From the IMG/VR virus record IMGVR_UViG_3300000301_000103: a DNA stretch of 22,496 nt. One strand, 5' to 3'. Both the position numbers and the translations under genes were made by a program. Within the stretch, counting starts at the first letter, position 1. Each line of letters opens with the position of its first letter. The DNA is from a virus (lineage: Duplodnaviria > Heunggongvirae > Uroviricota > Caudoviricetes). Of the stretch, positions 1-6,706 are shown piece by piece. Below the pieces are notes generated by a model. That model was given only the letters and a program-made list of their open reading frames with translations, had not been told where the DNA came from and did no database searches.

Positions 1-1
1 A

Positions 2-1514
2 CAGACGATGAACGCGACTCGATTGCTTGCCGGCTTCACAATGGCTGAAGCTGACGGTGTGCGTTCCGCAATCGGTAAGAAGAACATGGAAAAAATGAAG
101 AGCATGGGCGAGAAGTTCATCGTTCAGGCTCAAGCTGGCTGGATAGACGTTGAGCTGGAAGATGGCACTACACAGCGCATTCACCGTGCGGAACATTTTA
201 AATGCGAAGACGGAACTCTGAAAACTGTCGAAGAGGCACTTGAGCACGGCGCAAAACTACCTATAAACGCAGTACGCGTTACAGCGTCACATCCAGGGCT
301 ATCAGAGATGAAAGCGAAGGAGATCTGGACCGCATTCGAAAAAAATGGTGCCTACCAGTTCAATAAATCACACTCCGTTGCTTATTCTTTAATCAGTTAT
401 CAGTCTATGTGGCTAAAGACGCACTACCCTGCTGAGTTCTTCGCAGCTGCGCTCACCATTCTGGGCGAGGATAAGCATCAGGGGCTGGTGAAGGATGCGC
501 TGACCTATGGCATTCGCGTATTGCCACCAGACGTTAATGTGTCATCTAACCGAATTGAGATCCGCACACTCGAAGACGGCAGTCAGGCACTGTATGCGCC
601 ATTCTCTGCTGTGAAAGGCTGTTCTGAAAATGGTTGTCAGGCAATTATGCGTGCGCGTGAGAAAGTTGGTGGCAAATTCGAGTCAGTGGCACAATTCGAT
701 GAAGCGGTCGAGAAGCGTGCATGTAACAGTCGTGTACGCGAGTCGCTTCATAAAGTAGGGGCTTTTGCGTCAATTGAGCCAGGCAGTCTGCCAGCAACTG
801 ATCCTGAACGACTGCGCGACCAGGCTGAGCTGATGGGCAATCTCATCATTGACGCTGTTAAAGCATCACGTCCGTTCGAAATGAATCCTAAGCGTTCTGC
901 CGAAATCAACGTACTCATGACACGTATGGCGGCTGAAATGGGCTTGGGTGAGGAGTTGATACGCCCGACTATTGGTATTAAACCCAAAATCATGATCATT
1001 CTGGACAATGCGAACGGCAATGACGCTCGTACCGGCTACTTCATGGAGAACGGATACGACGACTTTAAGGCAAAACTACTGACAGTTGGAGATCTGCGCA
1101 TGGGCGATCTTTATGTCACGGGTGTTTGTAAGAAGGTTAAGGACAAAGAGAAAGACTATACCAAAGACGAGATAGGCCAGTTCACAGACTTTATGCGGGA
1201 AGAAATTAATCTTGTACGACCAACCTACATTTTGACGTGTGGTAGTCGTTCAANNNNNNNNNNNNNNNNNNNNNNNNNNNNNNNNNNNNNNNNNNNNNNN
1301 NNNNNNNNNNNNNNNNNNNNNNNNNNNNNNNNNNNNNGCACTATTTAACAATAAGAGTAAACCATCAGATCTGATTGGTCGTAAGGAGTACTTCCCAGAG
1401 CTTGATGCAACCGTCTTCTACGGATTTAACCCGAATATCCTGTACTTCCGACCGGAAGAAGGAGAGCGACTGGAGGCCATTCTGGCTGATATCGCGGAGA
1501 CAATAAATAAGTAA
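2..1514 (+). CDS. dnaE: DNA polymerase III alpha subunit (DnaE family), C-terminal part; 5' end lies outside the window; carries a C-terminal UDG-fold-like extension
   Basis: Open from window edge; translation has the DnaE motif region FNKSHSVAYSLISYQSMWLKTHYPAEFFAA. N-run 1254-1337 interrupts it; the reading continues in another frame to TAA at 1512-1514. Confidence 0.8.
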
Positions 1515-1520
1515 TAAAGA

Positions 1521-1548
1521 AAACCCGCCTGTTGGCGGGTTTATAAAG
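1521..1548 (+). terminator. Stem-loop after dnaE (AAACCCGCC-TGTT-GGCGGGTTT followed by TATAAAG)
   Basis: 9-bp GC-rich inverted repeat with 4-nt loop 7 nt after the stop; the T-tract is short, so weak as an intrinsic terminator. Confidence 0.45.
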
Positions 1549-1704
1549 AATTATGGCGCTTGTTGAGGAAGTCACTCCTCTTACGCACTTTGTTTTGCCA
1601 TGCCGGCAGTTAGCTTCTGCCTTTGACTATTCATGCGGCAACCCCGCATTTCGCCACAATGGGCAATTCACTTTTATGGAATAAACTGGCCGTTGTGTCG
1701 ATTT

Positions 1705-1731
1705 AATTAGCATGGCCTTACCATGCTAATT
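1705..1731. other. Perfect 11-bp inverted repeat hairpin (AATTAGCATGG-CCTTA-CCATGCTAATT) between convergent genes
   Basis: Exact inverted repeat read from sequence; no U-tract on either side, so possibly a protein site or RNA stability element rather than a terminator. Confidence 0.35.
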
Positions 1732-1817
1732 TATTCAACTTGTACAATCCTACAAATCTATCCACTCAGGCTTACACCGTCTTCGTTATTGTAGAAATGA
1801 GGATCATCAGCGTTGAA

Positions 1818-2033
1818 TCAGCTTAGAGCAACGACATTTGCTGCTGCTGGGCCTTTAGCCCCATTCTCGATAGAGAATTCGACCTGCTGGCCTTCTTCCA
1901 AAGTGCGGAAATTATTACTCTGAATTGCCGAAAAATGTACAAAAACATCTTTACTGCCATCAGCAGGAGAAATAAAGCCAAAGCCTTTATCAGAGTTAAA
2001 CCATTTTACTAAACCAGTCATTTTATTAGACAT
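1818..2033 (-). CDS. Cold shock protein, CspA family (71 aa)
   Basis: Translation [71 protein letters not shown] matches the CspA pattern including the RNP-like KGFGFI and VFVHF motifs. Start set at the internal ATG (2031-2033) preceded by TAAGAAGGTAATATCT, not the longer ORF-track start. Confidence 0.9.
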   Translation of the reverse strand: MSNKMTGLVKWFNSDKGFGFISPADGSKDVFVHFSAIQSNNFRTLEEGQQVEFSIENGAKGPAAANVVALS

Positions 2034-2250
2034 AGATATTACCTTCTTAATTTTGTGAGCCACATAGTGCGGCGAGAATTTGATCTGTATAGATTGGGAC
2101 TTACTTAGGCACTTAAGGAGGAGACTCACGAAGAAGGGAAATCAGAAGATAACACTGAACTGAGACTGCTTTACTAAAACTGCTTACATAAGGTCTGTCT
2201 TGCAAACCAACGATGCTATTAACGCATACCCCTTCTTTTCATGCAACCTT
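2034..2250 (-). promoter_or_regulatory. cspA-type promoter and long 5' leader with cold-box-like sequence
   Basis: On the minus strand: AT-rich upstream element, TTGCAT (-35, plus 2241-2246), 18-nt spacer, TTAATA (-10, plus 2217-2222), then a ~175-nt leader. Its start (UUGGUUUGCAAGACAGACC...) and end (AUUAAGAAGGUAAUAUCUAUG) resemble the E. coli cspA leader as I recall it. Confidence 0.5.
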
Positions 2251-2337
2251 TATTTTTCAAAGATAACTAATTTTTGTCACCATTGGTTTAGTAAACGTTA
2301 ACGAACCAGACGATGCCAGACACCTTTACAGAGAACA

Positions 2338-2359
2338 GATGCCCGCCAATTGGCGGGCA
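2338..2359 (-). terminator. 22-bp perfect palindrome ATGCCCGCCAATTGGCGGGCAT just downstream of the minus-strand HTH gene
   Basis: 9-bp GC-rich stems with AATT loop, 4 nt after the stop at 2363-2365; flanking T-run is modest. Confidence 0.5.
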
Positions 2360-2362
2360 TCA

Positions 2363-2926
2363 TTATGCGCATTTCGCAATATCTTTGCGGCGTTTAATCA
2401 GTTTCTCCGCAATTTGCTCTATTTCGTTGAAATCTTTCGAGACGCTGTTTCGAAGCGCCAGATTCCATTTACTCAAAGTTCGGGCATTTTGGACAATTTG
2501 ATCGCCCTCTTTAAGTCGTCCGTTATTCATGAGCCATTCAGCCACATCAGCCCAATCCCAGAGAGGAGACTGGCCTTTTATGCGTTGTACAGGGCAAGGG
2601 AAGTCGCCGCTTCCGCGCTTACCGTCTTTGAGCAACGCCACTGCCTGGCGAGACAGGTCTGTCAGTTCCGCGATATCGCTTAAGCCCACAAGAGCCGAGT
2701 CGACGGATTCAACAATTGCACCGATACCGGCTGATTCAATATTGTCGACCGCAGATGCGATAGCTGCATCAAGTGATTGTGCTTCGCGGTCAAATTCTAC
2801 ATAGACGGAGTTTCCATATGCGCAAATTAGCGCATCGTCACAGCCGTTTTGGTACAGCGCGTCTTCCAGTCCTTCCGTCTCATACGATACGCCTGAGAGC
2901 GTCAGAGTGAAGTTATAAAGCGCCAT
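2363..2926 (-). CDS. DNA-binding protein with XRE-type helix-turn-helix (possible antitoxin or repressor)
   Basis: Start ATG (plus 2924-2926) preceded by AAAGGAAAACT; HTH-like segment LVGLSDIAELTDLSRQAVALLKDGKR. The ORF-track start 12 codons upstream lacks an RBS. Confidence 0.6.
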   Translation of the reverse strand: MALYNFTLTLSGVSYETEGLEDALYQNGCDDALICAYGNSVYVEFDREAQSLDAAIASAVDNIESAGIGAIVESVDSALVGLSDIAELTDLSRQAVALLKDGKRGSGDFPCPVQRIKGQSPLWDWADVAEWLMNNGRLKEGDQIVQNARTLSKWNLALRNSVSKDFNEIEQIAEKLIKRRKDIAKCA

Positions 2927-2986
2927 AGTTTTCCTTTGAAGATAGTTGGACAGTTTCTGCAAAAGGCGGCTAATGCCGCCTTGAAA

Positions 2987-3295
2987 TCATTTACAACGAT
3001 CAACCATTCGTTTGATCTGTTTGGCATGGTTTTCGGGATTACCCGGAGTCGACCATACGCTCATTTGGNNNNNNNNNNNNNNNNNNNNNNNNNNNNNNNN
3101 NNNNNNNNNNNNNNNNNNNNNNNNNNNNNNNNNNNNNNNNNNNNNNNNNNNNNNAGTTTTGTGTTCACCTTCTGGATTACCGCATCGCAGTCTGCAAAAA
3201 CAATGTGCAGCACCACCAGCAGCTACCCAGATCCAGCCTTTACTTAATGCATAGTCAATGGCTGCTTGAATATGCTTATTCGGATGTTGCTTCAT
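2987..3295 (-). CDS. Small hypothetical protein, first gene of a two-gene module (interrupted by N-run 3069-3154)
   Basis: ATG at plus 3293-3295 preceded by GGAGG and a sigma70-like promoter; N-term MKQHPNKHIQAAIDYALSKGWIWVAAGGAAHCF. Middle of the protein is hidden by Ns. Confidence 0.5.
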   Translation of the reverse strand: MKQHPNKHIQAAIDYALSKGWIWVAAGGAAHCFCRLRCGNPEGEHKTXXXXXXXXXXXXXXXXXXXXXXXXXXXXXQMSVWSTPGNPENHAKQIKRMVDRCK

Positions 3296-3312
3296 TCGCC
3301 TCCGATAATAGT

Positions 3313-3342
3313 ATTCTATTCACAGTGTTGACATCTGTCAAC
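3313..3342 (-). promoter_or_regulatory. Sigma70-like promoter with overlapping palindromic operator GTTGACATCTGTCAAC
   Basis: Minus strand reads TTGACA - 17 nt - TAGAAT - 9 nt - GGAGG - CGA - ATG. The 16-bp palindrome at 3327-3342 overlaps the -35. Confidence 0.55.
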
Positions 3343-3529
3343 GGCGACTGAATTTCATCCGTTCATGCCACACCCCCATCCATCTCATGTATGTGACCTA
3401 AAGATGGTCAGCACAGCTTACCAAAATAAGACAACTAATTATCTTCGGTGATCTCAATATCTTCCCCTGAACAAAGTTGACATGACGCCATAAACCCGTT
3501 CTCTGTTTGATATAATTGATACAGATTTT

Positions 3530-3548
3530 ATAAGTAGGAACCTATTAG
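3530..3548 (+). promoter_or_regulatory. Recurrent imperfect palindrome site 1 (ATAAGTAGG-AA-CCTATTAG)
   Basis: Member of a six-copy intergenic motif family (half-site about ATAGGTA / TACCTAT); overlaps a possible TTGATA-16 nt-TATAAG promoter. Confidence 0.4.
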
Positions 3549-3549
3549 A

Positions 3550-3981
3550 GTGAACACTGATATTTTTTCTAAAATCATGGCCGATCTGGAGTTCGACCGC
3601 GACAACCTTGAGGAAGTATGGCGTAAACAGCCACGGCTTTTAATGGAGTATGGGTCAAAACTAGCGCAGGCAGATCGAGATGTCGCAGAGGCAAAACTTA
3701 ACCTTGAAGCTGTTGAAGCAAAGCTATACGACACAGAGCGTAAGAACTTGAGTATGAACGGCATTAAGTTCAACGAGTCTGTACTGGACGCTAAGGTTAA
3801 AACAAACCCACAGTATCTGTCTAAACGGCAGAAGTTGGATGAAGCACGGCACATCGCAGACATATACAAACATGCTGTCGCCGCCTTTTCGCATCGCAGA
3901 GACATGATCGTTCAGGCGTCAAAGATGGCCATCGTTGAATTAGAGCGATTAGGCTCTGAACGCTTTATTACTCCCCGTTGA
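3550..3981 (+). CDS. Hypothetical protein, possibly a UvsY-like recombination mediator (143 aa)
   Basis: GTG start 9 nt after AGGAA. Size and scattered residue pattern (e.g. SVLDAKVKTNPQY) resemble T4 UvsY as I recall it; this is a weak by-eye similarity. Confidence 0.5.
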   Translation: MNTDIFSKIMADLEFDRDNLEEVWRKQPRLLMEYGSKLAQADRDVAEAKLNLEAVEAKLYDTERKNLSMNGIKFNESVLDAKVKTNPQYLSKRQKLDEARHIADIYKHAVAAFSHRRDMIVQASKMAIVELERLGSERFITPR

Positions 3982-3994
3982 TTTTTGATAGATA

Positions 3995-4016
3995 ATAAGT
4001 AAGTACTGATCTATCA
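3995..4016 (+). promoter_or_regulatory. Recurrent imperfect palindrome site 2 (ATAAGTAAGTACTGATCTATCA)
   Basis: Same motif family, 83 nt upstream of the SSB start codon. Confidence 0.4.
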
Positions 4017-4098
4017 TTTAACAGCTCGAAAGAGCCACGAATGAACGAAAGCCCAACGCGCATAGCGCCATCGGCCAAATCACAACAAGGAGAAACAC

Positions 4099-5203
4099 AT
4101 GTCTAAGACATTACTTGATTTGCTTAACAAAACTCGTGAAGACATTGCCGCCAAACGTGGCAACAACGTTGATCTGACTCGCTTAAAAGACGGCGTCAAC
4201 TATATCCGCATCTTCCCGAATAAAGACGACCCAAACGGTAAGTTCTTCCAGACTTTCGGTATGCACTACGTTAAGTATCAGAACGAGGAAGGTAAAGAAG
4301 CAACCAACGCTTATATTTGTGAGCAACATACTCACGGTCGCGCTTGTCAGCTATGCGAAATGGTGATGGAAGGTCGCGCTCGTCACAAGGGTAACAAAGC
4401 AATGGAAGAACGCATCGGTCAAATGCGTGCCACTCCTCGCTACCTGGTCAACGGCATTCTTTCTGCTCGTGAGGATTTCGCAGATGCTGAGAAATGCCAG
4501 TTAATCGAGCTGCCGTCTACTGTATTCGATGATATCTGCAAAGCAATCACCGAAGACATCGCTGATGATATCGGCAATCCACTGAGCAAAGAGGAAGGCT
4601 ACGCATTCCTGATTAAACGTACTGGCTCTGGTCGCGATACCAAATATGACGTCTCGCCTAAGCGTAAAGTCTACAAAGGCGATATCGAAGATAAATTCTG
4701 GAACACCCAGCATGATCTGATCGCATACGCAAATCAGGCTGATGAAACTCGTCTTCTGTCGACAGTTCGCACTATGGGTCGTCTGATTGGCATCGCTGCA
4801 CCAACTGCCGCAGCATCTGCACCAGCAATTTCCTCAACCGCGAAAACATCGGCTGCGGCACTACCTGGATTTGGCTCTGTCACTGGTCATACAGAAGGAG
4901 CGACGGCTGTAGCAACCGCGCACACACCGGCTTCTGAACCAACCAGTCTGGTTGATGAAGAAATCCTCCGTGCCGTTGAAACTGAATTTAAACCAGAGGC
5001 AAGTTCCGCTGCCGTTGCCGTATCAGTCAAAGAGTCTGAAGCAGTCGCAGCGACATCTGTAGCAACCGCATCTGCGACGGAAGATNNNNNNNNNNNNNNN
5101 NNNNNNNNNNNNNNNNNNNNNNNNNNNNNNNNNNNNNNNNNNNNNNNNNNNNNNNNNNNNNNNNNNNCTGGATGACCTACTGAGAGAGCTGGACTCTCTG
5201 TAA
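4099..5203 (+). CDS. Single-stranded DNA-binding protein, T4 gp32-like (zinc-binding), with Ala/Ser/Thr-rich linker and acidic tail
   Basis: ATG preceded by AAGGAG; YIRIFPNKDDPNGKFF resembles the gp32 N-terminal region; Cys-x3-His-x5-Cys-x2-Cys (CEQHTHGRACQLC) fits the gp32 zinc site pattern. After N-run 5086-5167 the tail LDDLLRELDSL ends at TAA 5201-5203 in a different frame. Confidence 0.7.
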
Positions 5204-5219
5204 TCCCATTACGTGACCA

Positions 5220-5250
5220 GTAAGGCGTCTACGGACGCCTTACTTTTTGG
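5220..5250 (+). terminator. Rho-independent terminator (GTAAGGCGTC-TACG-GACGCCTTAC + TTTTT)
   Basis: Perfect 10-bp stem, 4-nt loop and T5 run 17 nt after the SSB stop. It lies inside the ORF-track ORF 5213.., which argues for the later FEN start. Confidence 0.7.
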
Positions 5251-5263
5251 AAGGAATGTACCG

Positions 5264-6363
5264 GTGAATTATCTCTTCGTAGATGGCAATAGCCTGGGCT
5301 ATTACCACCAACAATCTGACAAATTGCACAACGGCGAAATGGAAGTACAGGCTGCTTTCGGCTTTGTTANNNNNNNNNNNNNNNNNNNNNNNNNNNNNNN
5401 NNNNNNNNNNNNNNNNNNNNNNNNNNNNNNNNNNNNNNNNNNNNNNNNNNNNNNNNNNCGTTATGCCTCCATCCTCCATGCCCGGCCTATGATTCTTTGG
5501 GATGGATTTAGTGACAAGCGTCGCGACTTTTACCCGGACTACAAAGCAAATCGCGACGACGATCCTGATATGAAAAAGATGAAGGAAGGCTTTGCTATCC
5601 AGAAGCCATACATCCTCAAAATGATGACCGCGCTTGGAGTTACCCAACTCATTGCAAAAGATGCAGAAGCGGATGATCTGGCCGGGCTGCTGGTATCCCG
5701 CATGGCACCGCAGCCAACCGTTGAACACATCTATCTGTTAACAGGCGATAGCGACTGGCTTCAGTTAGTTCGTGAAAACGTAAGCTGGGTAAGCCTGCGT
5801 GAAGACGCCAAAAACAAGCAGGTTAATTTTGAGCAATTTGCGGAGCTGACAGGATTCGCCACGCCTCGCGCATTTTTGGAAGCAAAAGCATTACAAGGCG
5901 ATAAATCGGACAACATTAGCGGTGTTGGTGGCATTGGTGCTGGCGGTGCGAAAGAGCTGCTGCATGNNNNNNNNNNNNNNNNNNNNNNNNNNNNNNNNNN
6001 NNNNNNNNNNNNNNNNNNNNNNNNNNNNNNNNNNNNNNNNNNNNNNNNNNNNNNNNNNCAACGATGGTACGCGGCATCAACGACGGCTCAATCGTGGTTG
6101 ACAAAGGACGCCATAAGACCGCCTTCAACAAACTAGCGAAGAATGCCTTCAACGAGAAAACAGGCTGTCGAATGCTCGAAGCGTTCAAGAGAAACATCAC
6201 GCTAATGAACCTGATTGAGACGAAGTTTCCGCCTACCGAAATCGAAACAATCAAAGGCAATCGTGACGTGAAAGCATTCGAGCAACTGTGCTACGAGCTG
6301 AATTTCCGTTCGTTCCTTGAAGACCTTGAAGTGTTTGTTCTTCCATTCGAAAGGTATTGCTAA
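5264..6363 (+). CDS. 5'-3' exonuclease / flap endonuclease (T4 RNase H / T5 D15 family)
   Basis: GTG start 8 nt after AAGGA gives MNYLFVDGNSLGYY. Motifs YKANRDD, EADDLAGLL, TGDSDWLQLV and H3TH GDKSDNISGVGGIG are present. N-runs 5370-5458 and 5967-6058 interrupt it; the frame changes after the second; stop TAA 6361-6363. Confidence 0.8.
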
Positions 6364-6704
6364 TGCTTAAATCGATTATTAATGGCGCTACAACCACCCC
6401 CACCCAACTGGCAAAAGAGATTGTCTTTTATCACGGTGAGTACGCTGTCATCGCACTGCCGTCAATTCTAGGCGCTGCCGGAATGAAAGCGACAGATCGC
6501 GAGTTTGGATTAGTCAGCGAGCAGGTCGTAAAAATCCTCGCTCGTGTATCCAGACTCCTTAATCACGATGCGATTGTATTCGACGAATCCGCCGCTTTAA
6601 NNNNNNNNNNNNNNNNNNNNNNNNNNNNNNNNNNNNNNNNNNNNNNNNNNNNNNNNNNNNNNNNNNNNNNNNNNNNNNNNATCAACGAAACAAAAGGAGC
6701 CTGA
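6363..6704 (+). CDS. Hypothetical protein (about 110 aa, C-terminus uncertain because of N-run 6601-6680)
   Basis: ATG overlaps the FEN stop (TAATG), preceded by GAAAGG; no recognisable motifs. Confidence 0.45.
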   Translation: MLKSIINGATTTPTQLAKEIVFYHGEYAVIALPSILGAAGMKATDREFGLVSEQVVKILARVSRLLNHDAIVFDESAALXXXXXXXXXXXXXXXXXXXXXXXXXXXINETKGA

Positions 6705-6706
6705 TC

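Noticed and set aside
748-1020. Minus-strand ORF 748-1020
   Set aside because: Inside and antisense to dnaE.
2034-2129. Extended start of the csp ORF at 2129 ([10 protein letters not shown]...)
   Set aside because: The extension lies in the conserved cspA-like leader; the internal ATG at 2033 has an RBS and gives a canonical 71-aa CspA-size protein.
2313-2804. Plus-strand ORFs 2313-2501, 2339-2683 and 2529-2804
   Set aside because: Antisense to the minus-strand HTH gene, which has a strong RBS and promoter; no RBS of their own.
5213-5263. ORF-track start of the FEN gene at GTG 5213
   Set aside because: The 5' extension would be translated through a strong terminator hairpin (5220-5250); the in-frame GTG at 5264 has an RBS and gives a canonical MNYLFVDGNSL N-terminus.
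5240-6260. Minus-strand ORFs 5240-5728, 5539-5730 and 5916-6260
   Set aside because: Antisense to the flap endonuclease gene, which carries clear family motifs; some run through N-runs, inflating their length.
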